Shown piece after piece: positions 1 through 8,839 of a DNA stretch of 39,085 nt. The stretch comes from a virus (Duplodnaviria > Caudoviricetes). Position 1 is the first letter of the stretch; every line of letters starts with the position of its first letter. Under the pieces are notes generated by a model that saw nothing but the letters and a program-made list of their open reading frames with translations, searched no databases and was not told the origin of the DNA. The stretch spans positions 1-39,085 of the IMG/VR virus record IMGVR_UViG_3300033232_000081; one strand, given 5' to 3'. The translations under genes and the position numbers were made by a program.

Positions 1-160
1 GAGAAACAAGAGTTAAATCTGCTAGTGTTTTTGTGGTATATAATGCTCCATCTGGTTCATAGATTGTTAGTGTTAATGTAGTAGGATTTGTAAGAATTCC
101 ATCAGAATCTCTAACCGTAATCTGACAGACTATTGTTGTTCCTCTAGCATATTTTGTCAT
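1..160 (-). CDS. Partial ORF running off the window edge, probable virion structural protein (beta-rich)
   Basis: Read manually: ATG at 160 after a GGAGGA SD; MTKYARGTTIVCQITVRDSDGILTNPTTLTLTIYEPDG..., open to position 1. Confidence 0.55.
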   Translation of the reverse strand, partial: MTKYARGTTIVCQITVRDSDGILTNPTTLTLTIYEPDGALYTTKTLADLTLVS

Positions 161-287
161 TATTTATCCTCCAATTCCCCAGACATTCTATTCGAATCTA
201 TGAGTGTTCCATATAATTTCGATGTCAAGACAATGATGGAATTAAATTGAACTTGATTGGGCTGTGCTATGTTCATCTTAAAAAACC

Positions 288-605
288 TCACTTAACTTTT
301 GCTTTTGTTTTCATATCCTCAACAAAGATACCCCATGTATTAATTTCATCTTTTGTAATTTTACCTGTAATTATTTTTCGTATTAATGCTATCTCGTCGT
401 TAACATCATATTTGTCACGAATCATTGCATCTATTAATGTCTTCTCATTAGTATTATTAACCTCGACATACTCATAATCAAAACTGATTGATGGTTCGCC
501 TGTAAACTCATCAACCTTTTCAACTTGAATTATATTATATCGAAACTGTATTTTGCCTGCGGACTTTTCGAATTGTTTTGGATATGTATTTGAATTTCCT
601 TTCAT
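288..605 (-). CDS. Hypothetical 105-aa protein directly downstream of the DGR RT
   Basis: ORF with GAGGT SD; does not resemble the four-helix Avd by eye; function unknown. Confidence 0.6.
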   Translation of the reverse strand: MKGNSNTYPKQFEKSAGKIQFRYNIIQVEKVDEFTGEPSISFDYEYVEVNNTNEKTLIDAMIRDKYDVNDEIALIRKIITGKITKDEINTWGIFVEDMKTKAKVK

Positions 606-689
606 TGTATAACCTCAAGTTAATGTGTATTGAATGTTTGTTTCCTTTATTGTATCATAATAAGGTATATATTTAGTATAATAGATATT

Positions 690-1745
690 TTATATTCGTA
701 CTGTATCTCTCAATGGATTACTAATATCAGTGGCTATGCATATATCTGACACAATATTATGAATTGAATTATTTAAATATCTAGTTTTTAGATTGTAACA
801 ATTTGCTGGTTTCATCCAACCATCATAGCTCATTATTTGATTAACAATATTACTATGCTTTGGTTGAACTGTGTTTATTTTTACAATAGTATGTTTGAAT
901 TTTGTAGATATTGATTTTCTTAATAATGTATAATCATGAAAAAATCTATATCCCAAAAAGTCAATTCCTCTAATATCGACTGAAAACACTTGCCAATTAT
1001 CTTTAAGTTTTAAGTTTAATTCAGATTCAATATAATTAGTTGCAACTACTCGCAAATCAGCAAGATGTGCTTTATCTGAATCTAAAATTACAATATCATC
1101 ACAATACCTAAAATAATATTTACACTGCATCTGCTCTTTCATATAGTGGTCAAACCCAGATAAATAGATATTCCCAAAATATTGACTGAGATAATTCCCA
1201 ATTGGTACACCCTTTGTTGAATCTATTATTGTATCAAGTATCCACAATACATCAGAATCTTTTATCTTTGTTCTGATAATTGATTTCAATATGTCATGGT
1301 TAATTGATGGATAAAATTTACGTACATCCATTTTTAGACAATATTGTGTATTTTCTCTATCTATTAATGCGCGTTTAATACGATTTACACCTTTGTGAAC
1401 ACCTCTGTTTTTTAGAGATGAATATGTATCAGTAATTAATGTTTTCATCCAAATTGGTTCAAGTATTTGTACTATGCAATGATGAATTATTCTATCTGGA
1501 AAATATGGTAGTTTGAATATTTCTCGTTCTTTGCCATTATCTAATTTAATATATGTTATGTATTTAGAATTTACAAATGTTTTATTTTTTAGCATATCTT
1601 GGATACGTAATAGATATTTTTCAGAATTGGCATTAACCATTTGCACTTCATGGTAATGGGCTTTACCTCGTCTAGCATTTATATGCGCTCGATAGATATT
1701 ATCCAAGTCATATATTTTCGTGTATAGATTTCCATATCGTTTCAT
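690..1745 (-). CDS. DGR reverse transcriptase
   Basis: RT motifs KEREIFKLPYFPDRIIHH, YCLKMDVRKFYPSI, GVPIGNYLSQ, FRYCDD, GIDFLGY; 351 aa with no maturase or endonuclease domain; adjacent TR/VR pair. Confidence 0.97.
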   Translation of the reverse strand: MKRYGNLYTKIYDLDNIYRAHINARRGKAHYHEVQMVNANSEKYLLRIQDMLKNKTFVNSKYITYIKLDNGKEREIFKLPYFPDRIIHHCIVQILEPIWMKTLITDTYSSLKNRGVHKGVNRIKRALIDRENTQYCLKMDVRKFYPSINHDILKSIIRTKIKDSDVLWILDTIIDSTKGVPIGNYLSQYFGNIYLSGFDHYMKEQMQCKYYFRYCDDIVILDSDKAHLADLRVVATNYIESELNLKLKDNWQVFSVDIRGIDFLGYRFFHDYTLLRKSISTKFKHTIVKINTVQPKHSNIVNQIMSYDGWMKPANCYNLKTRYLNNSIHNIVSDICIATDISNPLRDTVRI

Positions 1746-1873
1746 AATTATTTCCTGTCTTGATTTACCTCAGAGCATTCGAATCATTTCTGACCTACTA
1801 ACACCTATGAGATTTATGTTTTGTATTTTGGCAAGAGCCATGGTTTTAGTATTCAATTTTATATATCAAGACA
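1746..1873 (-). ncRNA. DGR RNA 3' spacer between TR and RT
   Basis: 9-bp inverted repeat (1756-1764 / 1865-1873) closes the spacer onto the TR 3' end; contains GGCTCTTGCC and GTTAGTAG segments resembling other DGR spacers (recalled, not searched). Confidence 0.55.
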
Positions 1874-1987
1874 AACGCGAACTGATATTAACATTGACAT
1901 TCGAAGATGTGTTATTCGCATTCGTATAGAACGTACCTGCATTCGCACCGTTATTCGCATTACTACCTAGTTTGAAAACACGCCAAC
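1868..1987 (-). repeat. DGR template repeat (TR)
   Basis: Ungapped 120-bp match to 2061-2180; AAY-rich, reads WRVFKLGSNANNGANAGTFYTNANNTSSNVNVNISSRLS. Confidence 0.97.
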
Positions 1988-2055
1988 TGGTGAATACCTC
2001 AACCAAAATATTATCTTTATTGTTTTTTATTATCACCTCTCTCTAATTAATGTTA

Positions 2056-5000
2056 TTAATAAGACAAACGCGAACCGACATCAACACTGACAAACGAAGA
2101 TGCGCAATACGCAGCCGCAGAGAACGCACCCGCAGCCGCACCGCGACCCGCATTACCACCCAGCAAGAAAACACGCCAACCTGTAGATTGCCAGTAATAA
2201 TCAGTTATTTTAGTTGTACTAGTTGCCCCTACACTTGCAGGTAAGAATCCATTTGAAATTTGTTGCAGTGTATTCTGATACCCATCGGTTGCCACTAATG
2301 TTACTCCAAGATTTGTGTAATTTGTTGCAGTATCATCTGCAAAATCAGTACCAGTATTTGAAATATATGGAACATTATTATTGATATTAATTCCATCAAC
2401 CCATTTCCAAACATTACCATAGAAATTTTCAATGCCTCTATAACTCATATATGCAGCATCAGTATTACCACCAATATTTCCAGTTCCGTTACCATTAATA
2501 TTGGATTTACCACACATTCCAATATACGAGCCAGCTGTCCATGTACCGCCACTCAATTGAGTTCTTCCCGCTCCAATCACAGACTGTGAATAAAATGAAC
2601 CATATTCAATAACGTACAATAACTGAATTGCACTTTTTAAACTATAATATTGTTGTAACCACTCAATACCTCGCTGCGCTGCCATGCCTCTAAATTCTGC
2701 TCTGGTTTCATTTGTTTTTGGATATTCTCCAGACAATGAACATAATTTATCACCTGCCGCATACAGATTAGCAGTAATATCAGCAGGTGCTACCATTGCT
2801 CCAGCAGATGCATCGTACATCGAGCCTTCATATGCACCCATATATCGATAATCAACTTCTACACCATTTTTTATGAATGCGGGATGAACTGTAAACCCGC
2901 CTGCAATAATTGGACTTATTTCCCATGTATGCGAAGTACCAGCATATCCATATTTATAATAGAATTTAGGGATTTGCACCATCACTTGTCCTTGTGGATT
3001 ATCAATGCCAGCAACTCCAGCACCAAGATGTGCAGTACAAATCTCAAATGTTTCACCAAGTGCCATTATATTGGCATCAAGTGACAAGACATTATCAGAA
3101 TCTTTTGCTGTAATTAACGCATATGTATCATCGGTTGTATTATGAATATATCTTCCAACATAATCAGCTGCAGCCAGAGTAAAAACACCAACATCTGATA
3201 CTTTATTTGCAGTTCCCACATCATCTGTACCTATTTCAAACGGAGCAACATCATCACGATTATATCCATTTATAAAGTAATTAATAGTCCCATTATCTTT
3301 CAAAAGGCATCTCTTCATAGATGCCTGAATTGGAATCAAAGCATTAACAGGACTAACATTGAGAGGTTGTCCTGCCAATGTGCCTGTTCTTGCATAAGTG
3401 TCAGCCGATTCATCCCAAGATAACCCGTATGCCGTATTATAAATATCGGACACAAATGCTTTCTTTAAATTCCCTGTATCGCTTGCATCACTAATAAGAA
3501 CATAATCAGTACCAACTGCTGTGACTGCTGTCTTACCAGTAATGGCTGTTTTATTAACTGTCAAAGAAGTTGCACCAGTTACATCGCCAGTGTGTGTAGC
3601 ATTTGTAACTTTTGCTGTATTGGCTACGATTTCATCGAATTTAGCCTTCGTAAGCAAGCCAGCTCTTGTTGCACTTGCAGATACTAATGTTGCATTAGTC
3701 CCATCAGATGAATTTACATCAACTGTTGTTACAGTTGCAGTGCCTTCAGATAGATTAGTTGTTACGTTGGTCTCTTTTGCTGTATTCAGATTAATTGCAG
3801 TCCTATTTTCCTGCAATGCTGCTTCAACATTTACTGCTGTTATAATTGCGCCTGCATCAGCGATTGGAATATCTACTGCACTCACCTGTGTAGCACCTGT
3901 ACCCCAATCAACCATCGTATCCTTGATTTTGCTTGCTCCAATTACTGTTGCACCATCCCCTGTACTTGTAACATCTCCTGTGTGATTTGGATGAACATAC
4001 GCATTAGCACCATCTGCAACATTAATAATCGTGCGAACATTTGCTGCAGTCAAATCCTCAACATTACCAGTTGCAGCAGTAACCCTTCCCTTTATTGTAG
4101 CAGTAGCAATCTGTGACAATTTGGCGTTTGTTACAGCATTGGCTGCTATGGTTTGTACTCCGTCAGCAACTGAGGTCACATCTCCTGTATGATTTGGATG
4201 AACATAATTGTTAGCACCGTCTGCAACATTCAAAAGAGATAATGCTGTTGCTTTTGACAATACTTCTGGTACTCCAATTTCTGCTGTATTTCTACCAATC
4301 AAGGATGCTGTTGCCATATCCGCCATTTTAGCAAGAGTAACTGCTTTGTCAGTTATAACTGTTGCACCATCCCCTGTAGATGTCACTGCACCACTATGAT
4401 TTGGATGAACATAGTTATTTGCATTTGTTGCAATCCCATCAAGTTTTGTTATTTGTGTTGATGTTGCTAATCCATTCTGTGCTGCGGTTGCTGCCTGAGT
4501 TGCAACTGTTTGTTGGTCTAATGTCAAGTGATGATAATCATTTGCTGCGCCGCCTTGAATACCACCTAATTCATTATGATTTGCTACAGTCGAAGCTGCA
4601 AACTCATGAACGTGTGCATCCTGAATTGATATTATTGTATTTGATGTTGATTTTACAATAATTTTTGCAATTAATTCTCCCATCACATCTAAATATGGAT
4701 GTGTTATTCCTGAAGGAATTGCTTCTTGTGCTGCTGCTAAATTACCATTTTCATATCCATATTTGATATAATAGTAGCCATCAGCAGTCACATATAACCA
4801 CTGAACACTATATGAATTAGAAGACATAGTTCCCAATACAGCAGTCCCTGCATTGTATTTTGTAGTGTCAATGGCACTAGCAGAAGCATCATCGATTACC
4901 CATGCAGCACCAGCATCATTATAATGTATATACGTAAATGTGTCAGTCCCAGAAGTATTTAATGCTGGAGTTGTCAATCTATTATGACCAAAATACCATA

Positions 5001-5880
5001 CGCCAGAAGTTACTCCTAAATCCAATGTTGCAATTTTAGATGCGACTGATCCTGAAATATATGTGAATATATCTCTCTCTATTAATCTCTCGTGTTCTGT
5101 TCGTGTTAAATTTGGAACATGAACACCGTAACTTGCAATATGTGTGCCAGTAGTATTAGAATAAACACGTCCAATAGGGAACATTGTATTTATCCCAATT
5201 GCATTTCTATTTGTTGTTGCCTTAACAATAGGATTTCCGACATTATAATCAACATAAATATAATTCATTGATAGTGCAGTCAACAAAAGACCTGTTGTTG
5301 CCTCAACTTCAAATGATACTGTTGTTCCAATCTCAGAATCAGTTGTCTTAATAATCCCCTTACCTGCCGAAACATTCACATGAGTTGCATCAACTCCAGC
5401 ACTTATTATAAATCCATCAATGATGCCTGAACTCTGAACAATATTAAACCAGTGCTGTGCATTATGATGCGTTGGTGTTCCAATAACTTCAAAATTTACT
5501 GTACTCGCATCTTGTTCATGTGCACTATTTGCTTTTCCATCAAGGATAGTTTGAATGCCATAAGTCGCATCATTGAAATGACCTGCCGTGATGAGCATTG
5601 CTACTGTTTCCCCAGAAGTATGTGCAGAAGCCGATGTACCTTCTTGTGCTCGCACAATTGTTAAATTGTCACCGGTTCTTCCTGTACAATGAACAATTTC
5701 CATTCCAGTATCATTGCCAGGATTACTGTATATAGATTTATTCCATATCGTTAATCTGAATGGAAAGGTAGATGGAAATTTAGTTCCATCTCCCGCTGTA
5801 ACAGGCAAAGTGCTCGCATCAATTGCCAATATACCATTTAATAATGATTCTACATTATTTTTATATATGAATCCTGACAT
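2056..5880 (-). CDS. Tail fibre / receptor-binding protein with C-terminal CLec (Mtd-like) domain; DGR target
   Basis: 1274 aa, A/T/G-rich; N-terminal fibre anchor (EIV..TGRTGDNLTIVRAQEGT); SYRGIENFYGNVWKWVDG CLec signature; VR at C-terminus. Confidence 0.9.
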   Translation of the reverse strand: MSGFIYKNNVESLLNGILAIDASTLPVTAGDGTKFPSTFPFRLTIWNKSIYSNPGNDTGMEIVHCTGRTGDNLTIVRAQEGTSASAHTSGETVAMLITAGHFNDATYGIQTILDGKANSAHEQDASTVNFEVIGTPTHHNAQHWFNIVQSSGIIDGFIISAGVDATHVNVSAGKGIIKTTDSEIGTTVSFEVEATTGLLLTALSMNYIYVDYNVGNPIVKATTNRNAIGINTMFPIGRVYSNTTGTHIASYGVHVPNLTRTEHERLIERDIFTYISGSVASKIATLDLGVTSGVWYFGHNRLTTPALNTSGTDTFTYIHYNDAGAAWVIDDASASAIDTTKYNAGTAVLGTMSSNSYSVQWLYVTADGYYYIKYGYENGNLAAAQEAIPSGITHPYLDVMGELIAKIIVKSTSNTIISIQDAHVHEFAASTVANHNELGGIQGGAANDYHHLTLDQQTVATQAATAAQNGLATSTQITKLDGIATNANNYVHPNHSGAVTSTGDGATVITDKAVTLAKMADMATASLIGRNTAEIGVPEVLSKATALSLLNVADGANNYVHPNHTGDVTSVADGVQTIAANAVTNAKLSQIATATIKGRVTAATGNVEDLTAANVRTIINVADGANAYVHPNHTGDVTSTGDGATVIGASKIKDTMVDWGTGATQVSAVDIPIADAGAIITAVNVEAALQENRTAINLNTAKETNVTTNLSEGTATVTTVDVNSSDGTNATLVSASATRAGLLTKAKFDEIVANTAKVTNATHTGDVTGATSLTVNKTAITGKTAVTAVGTDYVLISDASDTGNLKKAFVSDIYNTAYGLSWDESADTYARTGTLAGQPLNVSPVNALIPIQASMKRCLLKDNGTINYFINGYNRDDVAPFEIGTDDVGTANKVSDVGVFTLAAADYVGRYIHNTTDDTYALITAKDSDNVLSLDANIMALGETFEICTAHLGAGVAGIDNPQGQVMVQIPKFYYKYGYAGTSHTWEISPIIAGGFTVHPAFIKNGVEVDYRYMGAYEGSMYDASAGAMVAPADITANLYAAGDKLCSLSGEYPKTNETRAEFRGMAAQRGIEWLQQYYSLKSAIQLLYVIEYGSFYSQSVIGAGRTQLSGGTWTAGSYIGMCGKSNINGNGTGNIGGNTDAAYMSYRGIENFYGNVWKWVDGININNNVPYISNTGTDFADDTATNYTNLGVTLVATDGYQNTLQQISNGFLPASVGATSTTKITDYYWQSTGWRVFLLGGNAGRGAAAGAFSAAAYCASSFVSVDVGSRLSY
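2061..2180 (-). repeat. DGR variable repeat (VR) at the 3' end of the tail fibre gene
   Basis: Encodes WRVFLLGGNAGRGAAAGAFSAAAYCASSFVSVDVGSRLS; 27 differences from TR, all at TR adenines. Confidence 0.97.
3940..4422 (-). repeat. Three 23-aa internal repeats in the tail fibre shaft
   Basis: AN(N/A)YVHPNH(S/T)G(A/D)VTSxxDGxxxI at 4354-4422, 4147-4215 and 3940-4008, with a 207-bp (69-aa) period. Confidence 0.85.
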
Positions 5881-5881
5881 G

Positions 5882-6049
5882 TTACGCCACCTTTTTACCG
5901 AAATAATAACCTAGAATAATCATTAATGGTTCTGTTGGAAATGTCACTGTTCCATCAATGATAGATTGATATGCCATAACTCCAAGAGTAATCCCTACCA
6001 CTCCAAGTGCCAATATTTCATCTGTATTTTCTGTCAGCAATTCTTTCAT
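5882..6049 (-). CDS. Small two-TM membrane protein, holin-like
   Basis: Likely start ATG 6049; hydrophobic ILALGVVGITLGVMAY and LMIILGYYFG, basic C-terminus. Confidence 0.55.
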   Translation of the reverse strand: MKELLTENTDEILALGVVGITLGVMAYQSIIDGTVTFPTEPLMIILGYYFGKKVA

Positions 6050-6054
6050 AGTAA

Positions 6055-6216
6055 TCACACCCATACTGCTGTCATCATTATTGAACCATTTCCAAGTTGT
6101 ACCGTAGTAATAGCAGAGAGTGTAGTTACTCCTAATGCCACATACCATGCCGTTGGTGCTGTACCTGCTATCATCTCACCAGTCGTAAATATTTTTGAAC
6201 TCACTGCAACTGCCAT
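6055..6216 (-). CDS. Small hypothetical virion protein
   Basis: ATG 6216 preceded by GAGGTGA SD; 53 aa. Confidence 0.55.
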   Translation of the reverse strand: MAVAVSSKIFTTGEMIAGTAPTAWYVALGVTTLSAITTVQLGNGSIMMTAVWV

Positions 6217-6254
6217 AATTATCACCTCAAAAATAAAATAGATGAGGTTTATCC

Positions 6255-6716
6255 TCATCCCTTAACCAATAGAAGTTGTAAAACTCCTTCACCTGTTCCA
6301 GTTTTTGAACCAGAATTAGTCAATGTAATAACATCGCCTTCTGCTACTGCGGTCTGAAGCAATGTCAAACTCTGTCTATATCCCGTTTCTTTGCTTGCTG
6401 CCGATGCGACTTCATCAACAAAATAGTCAACATCATCAGTTCCAACAATGACCTTACCAACAGCAATATTCACACCAGCATCTGCGCTTGAAGCCTCAGT
6501 AAATACAAAGTTTGCTTCTGATATTGTATATGCCCTATCTGCCACAAATACATATTTAGTTGATGCAGCACCACTAAGGTCTACTGGCACTTGACTTGAA
6601 ACACAAATTGTTTCAAAGTCTGTTTGCATCTCATCAAGGATATGTGCTATTGATTTAGTTCTTCCAAGTGGAACTGTTCTACTATGGAGATTTACTCCGC
6701 CTGCATCTTTAGTCAT
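6255..6716 (-). CDS. Virion structural protein (beta-rich, decoration or head-fibre-like)
   Basis: 153 aa in the operon after the major capsid gene; composition typical of virion proteins. Confidence 0.55.
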   Translation of the reverse strand: MTKDAGGVNLHSRTVPLGRTKSIAHILDEMQTDFETICVSSQVPVDLSGAASTKYVFVADRAYTISEANFVFTEASSADAGVNIAVGKVIVGTDDVDYFVDEVASAASKETGYRQSLTLLQTAVAEGDVITLTNSGSKTGTGEGVLQLLLVKG

Positions 6717-7003
6717 TAATTACCACTTTTTATCCCTTCGCTTATGTCTTTTTCTGCCTGTGTTGACATTCCCGTTCTTTTTCGTGCCATCTTAACTGGT
6801 TCGGGAATTGGAATTGTCGATTCCATTTCTCTTTCAGCATCTTTTCCGTCAGGAATAAATGTGCTGCCCGATTTGCACAAATTTAGTCCTTCATAAGATG
6901 GAAGTTCCAGGACTTCGCCTGGACCTACCGTATGAACTGTTCTTTGTCCATCTATCTTCTGAATGACCACCTCATCTCTTGACGATGTGTTCTTTACTCG
7001 CAT
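6716..7003 (-). CDS. Hypothetical protein of the head module
   Basis: Likely start ATG 7003 after AGGTGG SD; stop overlaps the next start. Confidence 0.55.
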   Translation of the reverse strand: MRVKNTSSRDEVVIQKIDGQRTVHTVGPGEVLELPSYEGLNLCKSGSTFIPDGKDAEREMESTIPIPEPVKMARKRTGMSTQAEKDISEGIKSGN

Positions 7004-7011
7004 GATACCAC

Positions 7012-7281
7012 CTATACTATCATGACAAGCATAACACATTCGGCTGCAGATGGTCCGGTTCCAATAGTTACAATATTTGTACTGTAATCTACTGCAGATG
7101 GAACTACACCCTGTGCCGCTGTCATTACAATTACACCACGGATAGTTCTACCGTATGGTGCAATTGTGGTTGTCAAATTTACTGTATCCGCTGCCGTCAC
7201 CGATGCCACACTAACACTCAAAAGTGTCATGTTGCATGATGGTGTCACTGGATTAGATGATGTTACTGCTACTAGTGCCAT
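7012..7281 (-). CDS. Putative capsid decoration protein
   Basis: 89 aa, V/T/A-rich, immediately after the MCP gene, GGAGG SD. Confidence 0.55.
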   Translation of the reverse strand: MALVAVTSSNPVTPSCNMTLLSVSVASVTAADTVNLTTTIAPYGRTIRGVIVMTAAQGVVPSAVDYSTNIVTIGTGPSAAECVMLVMIV

Positions 7282-7292
7282 AATTTGCCTCC

Positions 7293-8297
7293 TTATTCAA
7301 TTCCGTATATCTGTGCCATGCCTTCAGGGAACCGATTAATGAGAGTTCTATATGATTTCAAGAAGAATTTCTCACCATCTTCGGTCTTTGCAAGTTTCTC
7401 AAATGTGACATCTTGCAATACTCTCTGTTCAAGCATATTAGTATCCACAACCAATATTCTCCTTGCTGTAGTTGCAGTAGGCATGAACTGACTGACTACA
7501 ATCGGAATCTTACCAACAACTGTGCTCAATGTCAATGCATCAAGACCCCATGCAAAATTCTGGAATGGATTTACATACCTAACGTAATCCATCATCTGAT
7601 TCTCAAGATTCAATGCAGTGTACGCATCCGTGATAATCAAATTAGGTTTGCCCTTATTTGAAAATGCATCTGCCACCGCAGTCTTGACATCAGTCAATGC
7701 TACTGCAGTACCTGACATATTAGTATTGTTGCTTGTACACAATTTGATTAATCCGTTTGGCTCCAGAGGATATGTTGCAGTATCCCCATTAATCAGAGAG
7801 CTTTCAATCTCTTCATTCATAGTCTGAGTCTTATTCAGAACTTCCTGTCTCATACTATCAATGAAATGCCTGCTACCAGAATCTGCCACACCCGTAACTT
7901 TGCCAGTAACTCTGACATACTTGATTGTGCTTGATGCGAGTTCAGTCGTATCATCACTCTCAGTGAGTGCTGCCTGTTCTGTGCCCCATGTTCCACCGCC
8001 TCTTGCAGTAATCCTATAGTAATTAGCAGTTGTACCAAAATTTGTAACTGTTGGAATCAAACCCTTGACAGGTGTCATTCTCCTAGTAATATCAGTTACC
8101 TTTTGGTCATATGCTAATGGAGTCATTGCATATCCCGCTGCTCCACTTGCCGCACCAACATTCACTGCTTTCGTAAATGTTTCAGCACCAAAAATTCCGT
8201 TCATTGGGTCATCGATGATTGTCTCATCTCGCATTGAACCAAAACTCTTTTCATATGCATCTGTCACATTGACATCCGCGTATTTCATGAAACTCAT
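7293..8297 (-). CDS. Major capsid protein (HK97 fold)
   Basis: 334 aa after protease and scaffold genes; EIESSLINGD...EPNGL, GKIPIVVSQFMP, FEKLAKTEDGEKFFL patterns. Confidence 0.88.
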   Translation of the reverse strand: MSFMKYADVNVTDAYEKSFGSMRDETIIDDPMNGIFGAETFTKAVNVGAASGAAGYAMTPLAYDQKVTDITRRMTPVKGLIPTVTNFGTTANYYRITARGGGTWGTEQAALTESDDTTELASSTIKYVRVTGKVTGVADSGSRHFIDSMRQEVLNKTQTMNEEIESSLINGDTATYPLEPNGLIKLCTSNNTNMSGTAVALTDVKTAVADAFSNKGKPNLIITDAYTALNLENQMMDYVRYVNPFQNFAWGLDALTLSTVVGKIPIVVSQFMPTATTARRILVVDTNMLEQRVLQDVTFEKLAKTEDGEKFFLKSYRTLINRFPEGMAQIYGIE

Positions 8298-8299
8298 TA

Positions 8300-8722
8300 T
8301 TACACCTTTATCCCGTATGCTTTCGCAATTGCCGCATCAAGATAACCAGTGCCGGCATTCTTTTCAATGACAATTCCGATATCACCATCTTTGACGCCCT
8401 TCATGAGTGGGCTCTTTTCTAATACATCCAATCTCGTATCGCTATCTGCTTTCAAACTAGCAACAGCATCATCAACCATTTTCTGTATCTTCTCTTCAGG
8501 ACATTTCAATTTGTTATCCTCTTCTTTATTATTAGAAAATTCTTTCAGAATATCAATTTCTGCTGTCAATTTCTCAATAGATGTTTCAAGACCTTGAATA
8601 GTCTCTGCCATCTGTTCTTGTTCTGTGCTTGTTGCTTTCTCAAACAACTCCTCTACTTTTGTCAATTTCTCCATAAGAGCACCATACTCTTCAGGAGAAA
8701 TTGACTCGTCTTTGGTATCCAT
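8300..8722 (-). CDS. Putative scaffolding protein
   Basis: Acidic coiled-coil protein between protease and MCP; likely start ATG 8722 (AGGAG SD); ORF track extends to 8809. Confidence 0.65.
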   Translation of the reverse strand: MDTKDESISPEEYGALMEKLTKVEELFEKATSTEQEQMAETIQGLETSIEKLTAEIDILKEFSNNKEEDNKLKCPEEKIQKMVDDAVASLKADSDTRLDVLEKSPLMKGVKDGDIGIVIEKNAGTGYLDAAIAKAYGIKV

Positions 8723-8839
8723 ATTTCTTGGTCTCCTGTATAATATATCATGCCACACTTGTAGCAATGAACAATAATTTGTCTCCGCCTCAGCATCATT
8801 GACATTCACTATTATGTTAATACTTTAACAATGTTATTA

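Larger units (their letters stand above)
690..2180 (-). mobile_element. Diversity-generating retroelement cassette (target VR - TR - spacer - RT)
   Basis: RT plus a 120-bp TR/VR pair whose mismatches are all at TR adenines. Confidence 0.97.

Noticed and set aside
690-1745. RT as a group II intron, retron or Abi RT
   Set aside because: Short RT with no maturase or endonuclease domain, and an adjacent adenine-specific TR/VR pair, identify it as a DGR RT
2050-2244. Arg-rich plus-strand ORF
   Set aside because: Antisense shadow of the GC-rich VR; likewise 1720-1929 shadows the TR
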